Shown one piece after another: positions 29,301-37,698 of a stretch of 64,000 nt of DNA. The stretch's first letter is position 1. The number at the start of each line of letters is the position of its first letter. Source of the DNA: Allomuricauda sp. (GTDB taxonomy: Bacteria; Bacteroidota; Bacteroidia; Flavobacteriales; Flavobacteriaceae); NCBI GenBank assembly GCA_041391945.1, contig JAWKNC010000001.1, positions 189,817 through 253,816 on the forward strand. The letters run 5' to 3'. A model generated the notes under the pieces. The model had not been told where the DNA came from and did no database searches. It saw nothing but the letters and a program-made list of their open reading frames with translations. The position numbers and the translations under genes were made by a program.

Positions 29301-29574
29301 CCTTGGGAAAGAAGACAAACGCCAGGGCATCACCAGAAATCCAGAACCTTCGGTCACACAACGCTTGAACACGGCCAGCTTCTATGTGAACAGCAGGAAA
29401 ACTGGAATCACGGAGACTGAAAAAAGACTTTTTCAATTTGCTGAAGAAGATCTGAATTCCGCTTTGGAAAAAACAAATACATTCTTTGGTGATGCTTGGA
29501 AAACCTACAAGGAATCCATTGAGGCCTTGGACCTATCGCCATTTAAGGAAACGAAAAACTTCAGCCTGGATTGA
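26362..29574 (+). CDS. BNR/Asp-box (VPS10/sortilin-like) repeat protein, secreted
   Basis: Repeated SxDGGxTW boxes (KSLDGGKTW, TKDGGKTW, TYDGGETW, SEDGG), signal peptide. Confidence 0.85.
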   Translation: MKKPLLLLMLLASITLFSQEFSMDLVQDMKPRNIGPAGMSGRVTALDVVHSNPDIMYVGTASGGLWKSTSGGIKWEPIFDKEVTASIGAVAIQQSNPSVVWVGTGEGNPRNSLNGGYGIYKSLDGGKTWKSMGLEKTRHIHRVIIDPTDPNVVYVGAIGSPWGEHPERGVFKTKDGGKTWEKILFANNRTGVADLVMDPTNPNKLIAALWEHKREPWFFKSGGEGSGLHITYDGGETWKKITDEDGLPEGELGRIGIAIAKNKPNIVYALVEAKKNALYRSDDGGVKWKKINDKNDIGNRPFYYSEIYVDPENENRVYSIFTYVNVSEDGGKNFTQLMPAYQADNGVHPDHHARWIHPDNGQFMMDGNDGGMNITKDGGKTWRFIGNLPVAQFYHIATDNEYPYNVYGGMQDNGSWRGPAYVWRSQGIRNSYWQEIAFGDGFDVVPDLENSQYGYAMSQQGFVSRYDWKTGNNYIVRPTPPDATTQLRFNWNAGIGQDPFDHSTVYFGSQFVHKSTDKGLTWEVISPDLTTNDKEKQKQSDSGGLTMDATGAENHCTVIVIEPSPVEKDMLWVGTDDGRVHFTQNGGASWVEVTANIKGLPKGSWIPQIRASKTNKGEALLIANDYRRFNYAPYAYRTTDYGKTWTRIVDQNDVKSYALCIIEDTENPNLMFLGTDDGLYISLDAGNKWQKWDEGFPTVSTKDFAIHPRENDLVIGTFGRAAWVLDDIRPLRALAGDMSILQKDISLFKSPDAYLAAYQQPTGSRFGGDAVYNAENRKQGAMITYYLKSGSEVKTDDSDEKEKDGEEKDSTNVKDRAKSKDSVLFNFYDGDRLIRTLKEKKPKKAGFHRIYWGLDEKGPDTPARNISKNKNETGGVNVKPGTYKIVVHYGNFTDSTNVTIKTDPRLQVSAASINEVYEMGKKLENYTQIAADAVKQLVESRDLANKFQKELKDLDKEKFKDQIEASNNTIKQIDSIIARYLGKEDKRQGITRNPEPSVTQRLNTASFYVNSRKTGITETEKRLFQFAEEDLNSALEKTNTFFGDAWKTYKESIEALDLSPFKETKNFSLD

Positions 29575-30284
29575 TGCAAAAAATAGCTAGAATTCTTTTG
29601 ACCTCATCGGTCGTAATGGCCACTGCACTAAAACTATCCGCCCAAACCCCTGGCGAGGACAAATGGGGGTCTTGGTTCATGTATTTCGGTACAAATCAAG
29701 TTTCGGAACGATTTAGCATTCATTCGGAAGCACAGTTTCGCTACTACGAGACCACAAGTAACTTTAACCAATTGTTGTTGCGAACGGGGCTTAACTATCA
29801 TATCGACCCAAGTGCCATCGCAACGCTGGGATATGGCTTTATCAAGACCGACGGAACCTTTGAAGAGCCCCCGACGGGCAAGGATAGTAGAGAACATCGG
29901 ATGTTTGAACAATTCATCTTAAAGAACAAGGTCTGGGAACTCCTCTTTGAACATCGTTATCGTTTGGAGCAACGCTTCCTTGATTTTGGGAATTTTACGG
30001 ACACCCAACACAGGGCGCGTTACCGGATTCAGGTCACATTGCCGCTCACCGATACCTTTTTTCTGAATTTTTATGACGAACTGTTCATCAATTTGCAGGA
30101 TGAGCTGTTTGGGCAAAATCGTCTGTACGGTGCCTTTGGGGCCAAAGTAACGGAAAACAGCAATATTCAGTTGGGATATATGCGAAACCAGTTCACAAAT
30201 GCAGTTTACAACCGGTTACAAATCGCCTTTTTTTACAATCCCGATCTAAGGAATCTCTTCAAAAAGAAAGGAGATGGCCCATAA
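29574..30284 (+). CDS. DUF2490-like outer-membrane beta-barrel protein
   Basis: Signal peptide; QLLLRTGLNY, HRYRLEQRF, RARYRIQVTLP, YDELFIN, QNRLYGAFG. Confidence 0.8.
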   Translation: MQKIARILLTSSVVMATALKLSAQTPGEDKWGSWFMYFGTNQVSERFSIHSEAQFRYYETTSNFNQLLLRTGLNYHIDPSAIATLGYGFIKTDGTFEEPPTGKDSREHRMFEQFILKNKVWELLFEHRYRLEQRFLDFGNFTDTQHRARYRIQVTLPLTDTFFLNFYDELFINLQDELFGQNRLYGAFGAKVTENSNIQLGYMRNQFTNAVYNRLQIAFFYNPDLRNLFKKKGDGP

Positions 30285-30285
30285 C

Positions 30286-30519
30286 CTAAAGGCGCAAGTG
30301 TAGAATATCAAAATAATCCAAGTCCAGTTCAATGGCGGCCCTGTGGATCTTTCGCAAAGATCTCACATAGCTGTTTTGGTCAATATACCCACGGAACCTA
30401 TCCTTCTTTAGGCGATGATAGCCCTTGCAAAAAGATTTTCTCTTATTGCAATAGATCCAGAAGTTGATATAGTCGGATGCTAGGGAGACCAATGAATTAG
30501 TTTTATGATATATCACCAT
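30286..30519 (-). CDS. Small hypothetical protein (MVIYHKTNS..., 77 aa)
   Basis: Only ORF filling the gap between DUF2490 and YceI; no family recognised. Confidence 0.4.
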   Translation of the reverse strand: MVIYHKTNSLVSLASDYINFWIYCNKRKSFCKGYHRLKKDRFRGYIDQNSYVRSLRKIHRAAIELDLDYFDILHLRL

Positions 30520-30680
30520 AACGCTAGGAAAAAAAAATTCGTATTCCAAAAAGCAAACTGTGGATAAGTAAACGCAGTGGCTAAAGCAAAAACTATGTTA
30601 AGGCTATGCTATTGATGCCATTTAAAGTTGATATCGCGTCAAAATATCTGTACCTTAGACCTATCGTAAAATTACTTCCA

Positions 30681-31301
30681 ATGAAAAAAATTCAAACATT
30701 GGCCCTAGGGCTGATAGTGTTGGCAACTTTTAGTTGCAAACAGGCCAAAAAAGAAGAAATGAAAGAAGAAGCTACCCCTGCGTACAGTATTGTGGAGGAT
30801 TCAACAAGTATTCATTTTACGGCCTACAAGACTACCGAAAAAAAACCTGTCGGTGGTACTTTCACCAAGGTAAACTTGGCCTACACGCCATCCGAAACAC
30901 CTATGGAAACATTGAATGGGCTTGAGTTCTCCATTCCCGTGAGCAGCCTGTTCACCAATGACACCACCAATACCCGCGATCCCAAGATATTGCATTTCTT
31001 TTTTGGCGTTATGGACCAAACTGAATTCATCAAGGGTTCTTTTGCGTTCGATGAGAATAAAAAATGTTCCGTGAACCTTAGCATGAACGGTGTCTCTGCC
31101 CAGCTGCCCATGGAATACGAAATGACCGACGACAACCATGTAAACTTCACAGGAACCATGGACCTGAACAACTGGAATGCCCTAGAAGCATTGGCCTCAT
31201 TGAACAAGGCGTGCTTTGATCTGCATACCGGCGCGGATGGGGTCAGCAAAACATGGGAGGACGTGGCCATACATGCTTCCGTCCTTTTGGAGAAAAAATA
31301 G
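30681..31301 (+). CDS. YceI-like lipoprotein
   Basis: Lipobox TFSC; FTAYKT, VGGTF, FSIPVSS, RDPKI; start set to 30681. Confidence 0.7.
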   Translation: MKKIQTLALGLIVLATFSCKQAKKEEMKEEATPAYSIVEDSTSIHFTAYKTTEKKPVGGTFTKVNLAYTPSETPMETLNGLEFSIPVSSLFTNDTTNTRDPKILHFFFGVMDQTEFIKGSFAFDENKKCSVNLSMNGVSAQLPMEYEMTDDNHVNFTGTMDLNNWNALEALASLNKACFDLHTGADGVSKTWEDVAIHASVLLEKK

Positions 31302-31358
31302 CCTTTCAAGGTATATCCCTATGGGAATCCAAAACACCTAAGAATAAGACCTAGATTG

Positions 31359-31403
31359 TGTAACTGGTTACGTATTTTATATATATTTGCGTAACCAGTT
31401 ACA
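31359..31403. promoter_or_regulatory. Paired operators (14-bp perfect inverted repeat) flanking a -7 promoter box
   Basis: tgtaactggttacg (31359-31372) and cgtaaccagttaca (31390-31403) flank TATATTTG (31382-31389), upstream of the MarR-GNAT gene. Confidence 0.75.
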
Positions 31404-31411
31404 TATTTTAG

Positions 31412-32425
31412 ATGGGAAACGATTTTCTTACCGATTTGGGGCATCTGGGATTCACGGCCCGCATCAAAAGATTGAATGAAAAAATAGTCTCCAGCACCAT
31501 AGAGCATTACGCAAACTCAGATTTGGGAATAGAGGCCAACTGGCATGTTATTTTCATGTTACTGTCCCAAAAAGGAGAACTTACGGTGACCGAAATTGCC
31601 AATATTTTGGGGTTCTCCCACCCAGCCATCATCAAAATGACCCGTAAAATGAAGGAGCAGGGATATCTTGAAACCTTCAAGGCCCCCCAAGATGCCCGTA
31701 AAACCTTCATCAGGCTTTCTAAAAAGAGCAAAAAAGTCTTGCCGATCTATAAAGAGGAATGGTATCGAATAGGGGAGATCCTGCAAGAATTTGTGGATGA
31801 GAACTTTCTCCACAGTTTGGACGGGTTGGAGCAAGAATTCCAAAAAAGAGGGTTTAAGGAAAGGTATGAAACCCGCTTTGGGGCGCCTACCTCGAAATCC
31901 TTTGCCATCAGAAATGCAAAGCCTTCAGAATTTGAAGGAATAGGGAAATTAATGGTGGAAGTGTATTCTGGATTGGAGGGTTTCCCAAAAGCGGATGAAC
32001 AACCTCAATATTACCGGACATTGGCGCATATCGGAGATTTCACCCAAAAACCGAATACAGAGCTTTTGGTGGCCGTATCGCCAAATGGGGAACTTTTGGG
32101 GGGTGTCCTTTACTTTAACGACATGCAGCACTATGGTGCGGGTGGCACGGCAACCATGGAAAAAAATGCTTCGGGGTTTAGACTGTTGGCCGTATCCCCA
32201 AAGGCAAGGGGAATGGGCGTGGGCAGGGCCCTGAGCCTAAAGTGCCTTGAAAAGGCCAAGGCATTTGGAAATGAACAGATTGTCATACATACCACGGAAT
32301 ATATGAAAGTTGCTTGGAAAATGTATGAAAAGCTTGGGTTCAAACGGTCACCAGACCTTGATTTTAAACAAGGAACCCTTCAAGTATATGGGTTTCGCCT
32401 AAAATTTCAAGGGCTTGATCTTTGA
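31412..32425 (+). CDS. MarR-type HTH regulator fused to a GNAT acetyltransferase
   Basis: LTVTEIANILGFSHPAIIK HTH; C-terminal RLLAVSPKARGMGVGRAL and YEKLGF. Confidence 0.85.
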   Translation: MGNDFLTDLGHLGFTARIKRLNEKIVSSTIEHYANSDLGIEANWHVIFMLLSQKGELTVTEIANILGFSHPAIIKMTRKMKEQGYLETFKAPQDARKTFIRLSKKSKKVLPIYKEEWYRIGEILQEFVDENFLHSLDGLEQEFQKRGFKERYETRFGAPTSKSFAIRNAKPSEFEGIGKLMVEVYSGLEGFPKADEQPQYYRTLAHIGDFTQKPNTELLVAVSPNGELLGGVLYFNDMQHYGAGGTATMEKNASGFRLLAVSPKARGMGVGRALSLKCLEKAKAFGNEQIVIHTTEYMKVAWKMYEKLGFKRSPDLDFKQGTLQVYGFRLKFQGLDL

Positions 32426-32439
32426 AAAATCCCAAAGCC

Positions 32440-33420
32440 CTAGAACCACTTTTTGCGCTTGAAGATAATAACGGATATTATAGTGACCACCAGCATAAGC
32501 CCCAGAAGTATAAAATATCCATAGGGCCATTTCAACTCCGGAATGTTCTCAAAATTCATCCCGTAAATCCCAGCCATAAAGGTCAGGGGGATAAATATTA
32601 CGGAAAAAATGGTCAAAGTCTTCATCACTTCGTTCAACCGGTGCCCCTGGATGCTGAAAAAAAGGTTTATCTGACTTTCCAGTTCGTGGATATCCGAATC
32701 TATATCATTGATCAGTGTGTTGACCTGCTCTCGAAGTTCACTGAAGTATTTGGTTTGGAAACCCTTGAGTTCTATCCTTTCCAGTCTCACCAAAATGTCC
32801 CTTAGGCCGTGTGCGGCCTTTTTAAACTGATAGATCATCGCTTTTTTCTGTTCAACCTCCAGCATGACTTCCGGGGTTGGTTCCATTTTGGCAGCTTGGT
32901 CAAGGATGTTTTCCATGGTGATCAACTCTTCATATTTTTCCTTGTAGTTGGAAATGATGGTCTCCAGAATAAAATATAACAGATAATCCGCCTTCTTTTT
33001 TCTAATGATGCCTTTATTGTCAAATATGCGCTTTCGAATCCAATCAAAATGGTCTCCCCATTTTTCTTGAATGCACCAAATAAAGCCTTTATGGGCCACA
33101 AAAAACATCTGCTCCGCATCCAAGTCGTTATCTTCCGTCTTCAAGATTTTTACCGCTATGAAGATCTGATCTTCCAATTCTACGACCTTGTTGCCCAAGT
33201 TTTGGTTCAACAGCAACCTCAATAGAAAATCATCCAGATTATTGCAGATGACCATATTTTTGAATTCTTCCATATAACCGAACCCATAGGTATTGACCCA
33301 AGTAATGGTTTTATCCTCCTTGCACAATTGGGTATCGGTTTCAAAAGAAAACTTTCGGTTATAATAACCTTCCGGCGAATAATTGATGACCCAGGTGTTA
33401 TTTTCGAAATCTGTGTCCAT
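32440..33420 (-). CDS. corA: CorA family Mg2+/Co2+ transporter
   Basis: NEVMKTLT...PLTFMAGIYGMNF signature and two C-terminal TM helices. Confidence 0.92.
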   Translation of the reverse strand: MDTDFENNTWVINYSPEGYYNRKFSFETDTQLCKEDKTITWVNTYGFGYMEEFKNMVICNNLDDFLLRLLLNQNLGNKVVELEDQIFIAVKILKTEDNDLDAEQMFFVAHKGFIWCIQEKWGDHFDWIRKRIFDNKGIIRKKKADYLLYFILETIISNYKEKYEELITMENILDQAAKMEPTPEVMLEVEQKKAMIYQFKKAAHGLRDILVRLERIELKGFQTKYFSELREQVNTLINDIDSDIHELESQINLFFSIQGHRLNEVMKTLTIFSVIFIPLTFMAGIYGMNFENIPELKWPYGYFILLGLMLVVTIISVIIFKRKKWF

Positions 33421-33490
33421 GTTATTAAAGTGAAACGGGTTATTCGTAGTTTAGAGCACTTAAATTAAACCAAAATATTAAGAATAGGCC

Positions 33491-34045
33491 ATGTTGAATG
33501 CAATGTCGTACAAAACTGAAGTCTTGATCACCGCCATTTTGTTAGTAGTCATTATAATTTTAAGTTCCTTGAGCAAAAGGGCCATACGCAGATTCGGTAG
33601 GGTAAGTTCCATTGACATGAACAACCGAAAAATCATTTTTTATCTCAGCAACCTCCTTTTCTACGGGTTGGCTTTAGTGGGGATTTCGATCATTTGGGGG
33701 GTAAATCTTCGCGATTTCTCCGTTTTCCTTTCCTCTGTGTTGGCTATTTTGGGTGTAGGATTTGTGGCACAGTGGTCACTGCTTTCCAACCTGACCGCCA
33801 GTGTTATCCTGTTTTTTAGCCACCCTTTGCGATTGGGAGATCGCATTAGGGTAATGGACAAGGACTTTGATTGGACCGGAAAGGTTGAGGACATCAGCGG
33901 CTTTTACCTTTTTATGCGCACCGATGATGGCCGAAGGATTACCATACCCACCAATCTGGTCATACAAAAAGGTATAGAGATTCTTAAAAAAGAAGATAAG
34001 CCCGTTCGGAGAAAGCGAAAAACAAAGTCCCAACAAGATCAATGA
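33491..34045 (+). CDS. MscS family mechanosensitive channel (short form)
   Basis: Three hydrophobic segments, LSNLTASVILFFSHPLRLGDRI, GKVEDI. Confidence 0.8.
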   Translation: MLNAMSYKTEVLITAILLVVIIILSSLSKRAIRRFGRVSSIDMNNRKIIFYLSNLLFYGLALVGISIIWGVNLRDFSVFLSSVLAILGVGFVAQWSLLSNLTASVILFFSHPLRLGDRIRVMDKDFDWTGKVEDISGFYLFMRTDDGRRITIPTNLVIQKGIEILKKEDKPVRRKRKTKSQQDQ

Positions 34046-34172
34046 TCATCGCCCTGCAGGCGATGCCCTTTGCAGGCTTTGGAAAAATCTAACGTATTTT
34101 TAATATTAAAGCGGCCCTGGGTTCCCTAAAGTGTTATAATTTGCTTTATTTTGACCGGTAAACATTGACCCA

Positions 34173-35363
34173 ATGAACCCTTCTGCTTCTGGCTGGATCA
34201 GCAAGTTTGGACATCTTGTGGAAAAAGATGCCGCAAGTTTTCCAGACCCGGAAAGTTTGTACCATGAACTCAAAAGAAATGGGTTTGTGTACGGGGTGCA
34301 CTTGGATATCCCTTCCTTTATTGATGTGGAGTACTCACTGACCGAAGATGAGATAGCCAAGATCAACTTGCTCACGGCCCTCTACTTTACCTATTTGTTT
34401 GAAAAGGGTAAAACCGATTTCAATGTATTTGTAAATACAATTTTTGACTATTACCAGTCCTTGGAAGTTGGAAAGATATCGTTTTTGAACAAAATCTTGA
34501 GTGGTAACCAAACAGAGGCCCAGCTTGAAAAATTGATAGATTCCCGCATATATCTTGGCAGCAATGCCTTTAACAGGGCCTTGGGGAACAGCCTTACCAA
34601 TTCCCTGCTCTATGTGGACATCCTCATATTCAAAGCCTATCTACAAGGGTCAAAACCTTTAATGGAGCATGCGGAATTGTTGGAATATGTTACGATGAAC
34701 ATTGTCTATCATGCCCTAAACTCCAAAGAGACCCATGAAAAAGACGCCAAGCTCACCCAACTTTTGGCCTCTTCCCTTTCGTATGTGAACCTGAACGAGG
34801 CGCATTTTGATGGCACCTATCTGGATTTGTTGCGACAAAATTTCACCAAAAACGAAAAGGATTATTTTTTGGATATGGCCTGCCTCACCATTTGGGAGGA
34901 CAAGTCTTTGGACTATACCGAATCGGATTACATTTTTGGACTAGGAAAAGATCTGGGCAAGTCTGAAGAGGAAGTAAAATCATCCCTGGATTTTGTAGGG
35001 ACTTTTTTTGAGGAAAACGCCTCCAAGGTCTCCTACTTGAACGACAAAAACTTGGCCCTCCAATTCTATGATGGAATGTCAAAAAATGTGAGCAAACTGA
35101 TTTTGCGAAACAGCAAAAGACTCAAAAAAGAGCTTGCCGAAAGTAGGGAATTGGTCGCACTGTTATCCAAGTCAACGGTCAAGGAACTCAACCCCGAAGA
35201 GCGAAAAAAAGTACAGAATCAGTTGGTGGATATTTTTAAGAGCATCCCCTCTTTGGCCATTTTTATGTTGCCCGGTGGAGCCATCCTATTGCCCATTTTC
35301 ATCAAGCTGATCCCTAAGCTGCTTCCCTCTGCCTTTGATGAAAACAGAATAGAGGAATCTTAG
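34173..35363 (+). CDS. LETM1-related protein (Flavobacteria family)
   Basis: MNPSASGWI start; C-terminal DIFKSIPSLAIFMLPGGAILLPIFIKLIPKLLPSAF. Confidence 0.8.
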   Translation: MNPSASGWISKFGHLVEKDAASFPDPESLYHELKRNGFVYGVHLDIPSFIDVEYSLTEDEIAKINLLTALYFTYLFEKGKTDFNVFVNTIFDYYQSLEVGKISFLNKILSGNQTEAQLEKLIDSRIYLGSNAFNRALGNSLTNSLLYVDILIFKAYLQGSKPLMEHAELLEYVTMNIVYHALNSKETHEKDAKLTQLLASSLSYVNLNEAHFDGTYLDLLRQNFTKNEKDYFLDMACLTIWEDKSLDYTESDYIFGLGKDLGKSEEEVKSSLDFVGTFFEENASKVSYLNDKNLALQFYDGMSKNVSKLILRNSKRLKKELAESRELVALLSKSTVKELNPEERKKVQNQLVDIFKSIPSLAIFMLPGGAILLPIFIKLIPKLLPSAFDENRIEES

Positions 35364-35453
35364 CTTTTTTGAAGCAAAAAACCCACTATAAGAAAAATTT
35401 ATAATTACTTTGTTGAATATTCAATGTTTTGATTACCAAATCATTGAATTATT

Positions 35454-36224
35454 TTATTCCAACCAAAGCTTAAAGTCCCTTACGCGCTCCCTACTCACGA
35501 TGACTTCTTGCTCATTGAAGCGATTAAACTTGATTTGAAGCCTTGAATTTGTGTATGAAATAATGTCCTTGATGTGGTTTAGGTTCACATAGAATTTTCT
35601 GCTTACCCTGAAAAATATTTTGGGCGACAGCTCCTCCTCCAACTGTTCAAGGGTAGTTTCCAACAAGTAATTTCTACCATCCGATGTGGCTGCATAGGTA
35701 CCCTTGTTCTCACTGTAAAAACATTCCACATCATCCGCATTGATGATTTTCAAATGTTGTCCCACCTTTACGGTAAACCTTTTTTTGTACTCGCGTTCCA
35801 AGGGGTTCACCAACAGTTTTTTTATGTCGTTGAAATCCATGGAAATATTTTGGGGACCCGGTTTGAAATTCTGGTATTTTTTCACCGCCCTTTCCAGCTC
35901 TTCGTCATCGATGGGTTTGAGAAGGTAATCTATACTGTTCAACTTAAAGGCCTGAAGGGCATATTCATCAAAGGCCGTGGTGAAAATGATGGCACTGTTG
36001 ACCTCGACCGCATCAAAAATCTCAAAAGAAAGACCATCCGACAATTGAATATCCAAAAAAATCAAATCGGGGTGTGGGTTGTTCTGGAACCACTCAATGG
36101 ACTCATCCACCGAATGCAACGTGGTGGAGACCTCCACATTCAAATCTGACAGTAGTCTGCCCAATCTTCTGGCTGCCGGTTTTTCATCCTCTATGATGAT
36201 CACATTCATTTTTTGTGTGCTCAT
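35454..36224 (-). CDS. LytTR family response regulator
   Basis: IIEDE, FLDIQLSDG, FTTAFDEYAL, DYLLKP; FFRVSRKFYVN and VSRERV LytTR domain. Confidence 0.95.
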   Translation of the reverse strand: MSTQKMNVIIIEDEKPAARRLGRLLSDLNVEVSTTLHSVDESIEWFQNNPHPDLIFLDIQLSDGLSFEIFDAVEVNSAIIFTTAFDEYALQAFKLNSIDYLLKPIDDEELERAVKKYQNFKPGPQNISMDFNDIKKLLVNPLEREYKKRFTVKVGQHLKIINADDVECFYSENKGTYAATSDGRNYLLETTLEQLEEELSPKIFFRVSRKFYVNLNHIKDIISYTNSRLQIKFNRFNEQEVIVSRERVRDFKLWLE

Positions 36225-36560
36225 TTATCGGTAACGTTTTTGGCTATCGTTCTTCTCTTCGTCCAAGTATTTTTGGATCTGTCTTGTTTCCCAATTTTTT
36301 AGGAACGGCAACTTGTTCCTAAATAAGATCACGGCATGGACGGCCAGTATGAACAGCCAGATCACCAGATTGAGGTCTATCCAATCGAAATAATAGTGCT
36401 CAGAAGGAAATCCATCTGGTAGAATTGGCCGCAATACCCCACTTTTTATCAAATACAGCAGGGCATTGACCACAATAAACACTTTGATGTGCCGGTAAAA
36501 CCCCTTCAGTTGTTTGACCCTATCAGTCGCCTTTTTATAGCTACTATCGTTATGTTCCAT
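36225..36560 (-). CDS. 2TM domain protein
   Basis: KKATDRVKQLKGFYRH...WETRQIQKY motif with two hydrophobic helices. Confidence 0.8.
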   Translation of the reverse strand: MEHNDSSYKKATDRVKQLKGFYRHIKVFIVVNALLYLIKSGVLRPILPDGFPSEHYYFDWIDLNLVIWLFILAVHAVILFRNKLPFLKNWETRQIQKYLDEEKNDSQKRYR

Positions 36561-36582
36561 TAGTGTTCGGTTTCTGGCCTTC

Positions 36583-36888
36583 TTATTTATATTTATCCAT
36601 TTCCTTTTTGTCCTTTTCCATATATTTTTGGATTTGTCTTTCTTCCCAGTTTTTGCCAAAAAGAACATTAAACCCAAAAACCTTTGCGGCATGTATGGCC
36701 AACCCTATGCCCCATGCAAACAAGGTAATGAAGTGTGGCCATTTCCAAAAATGGTCGGAGTGCATATTGATATTGACCAAGATAAAGGTGTTGATGATGG
36801 TATAGATGGCCAGGTGTATATAGAAACCTTTGATCTCCTCTACCCTTTTTTTTGCCCTCCTCAATTTTTCCTGTTCAAAATTTTCCAT
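36583..36888 (-). CDS. 2TM domain protein
   Basis: AKKRVEEIKGFYIHL...WGIGLAIH...WEERQIQKYM. Confidence 0.85.
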   Translation of the reverse strand: MENFEQEKLRRAKKRVEEIKGFYIHLAIYTIINTFILVNINMHSDHFWKWPHFITLFAWGIGLAIHAAKVFGFNVLFGKNWEERQIQKYMEKDKKEMDKYK

Positions 36889-36890
36889 GG

Positions 36891-37193
36891 TCATTTCCAT
36901 TTTTTAGTTTTCTCATCTTCTCTCATAATTTCCTTGATCTTGCGCTCTTCCCATCCTTTTCCAAAAAATGGATTGAGGTTAAAGGTTCCCACTGCGTGGA
37001 AAAATATCCCGATGCCCCATCCGAATGCTGCCCAAAGGAACCACATGTAACCAAACCCATTGGTGAGGTAGTTGATCAGGGCCAGTACCGATATCACCAT
37101 AATGTAGGACCAGAGGTGGGCATAAAACTTTTTAAGCTCTTCCACACGTTCCTTTGCCCTCATATACCTACTTTCCTTGTCTTTATTCTCCAT
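36891..37193 (-). CDS. 2TM domain protein
   Basis: AKERVEELKKFYAHL...WGIGIFFH...WEERKIKEIM. Confidence 0.85.
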   Translation of the reverse strand: MENKDKESRYMRAKERVEELKKFYAHLWSYIMVISVLALINYLTNGFGYMWFLWAAFGWGIGIFFHAVGTFNLNPFFGKGWEERKIKEIMREDEKTKKWK

Positions 37194-37236
37194 AGTGTTG
37201 GTTTTGGTCAGATATATCCCTAAATATACTGATTCG

Positions 37237-37515
37237 TTAGAATTCATTGTTATCCATAAATTGTTTGATCTTGCGTTCTTCCCAGTCTTTCCCCAAAAAT
37301 TGGCCATACCCATAGACAAGCAGCCAATGGGCTATAAGCCCCAGGCCCCAACCTACTGCCGGAAAAATCACCCAAGGGTACGAAGTGGTCCTGTAGTTCA
37401 AATAGGCCAAAAATGAGATCACAAGGCAAAATGCCAATAAATTGGCATAGAAGAATTTGATGCAGTGCACTTTTTCCTTAGCCTTTTTATACTTGTATTG
37501 ATCAAAGTTTTCCAT
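37237..37515 (-). CDS. 2TM domain protein
   Basis: AKEKVHCIKFFYANL...WGLGLIAH...WEERKIKQFM. Confidence 0.85.
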   Translation of the reverse strand: MENFDQYKYKKAKEKVHCIKFFYANLLAFCLVISFLAYLNYRTTSYPWVIFPAVGWGLGLIAHWLLVYGYGQFLGKDWEERKIKQFMDNNEF

Positions 37516-37594
37516 TGTTATATTGTTTAGATTTCTTTTTGATTATATCTGGGACAAACTTCGGGATATTCTCCAGTGAAGGAAAAAATGCATT

Positions 37595-37625
37595 CGCGAA
37601 CTGTTGTTTTTGAAGGATGAACCGT
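37595..37625 (-). promoter_or_regulatory. Putative LytTR direct-repeat site upstream of the 2TM genes
   Basis: Sense strand ACGGTTCATC-N11-ACAGTTCGCG, 21-bp period; same spacing to a degenerate -7 TTTG box as two other promoters. Confidence 0.75.
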
Positions 37626-37698
37626 AAGTAGGTGGTGGATGATCACTATCGAAGACCGAACACAAATTGATCTCAAGGAACCATGGGCCCGCCGAAAA

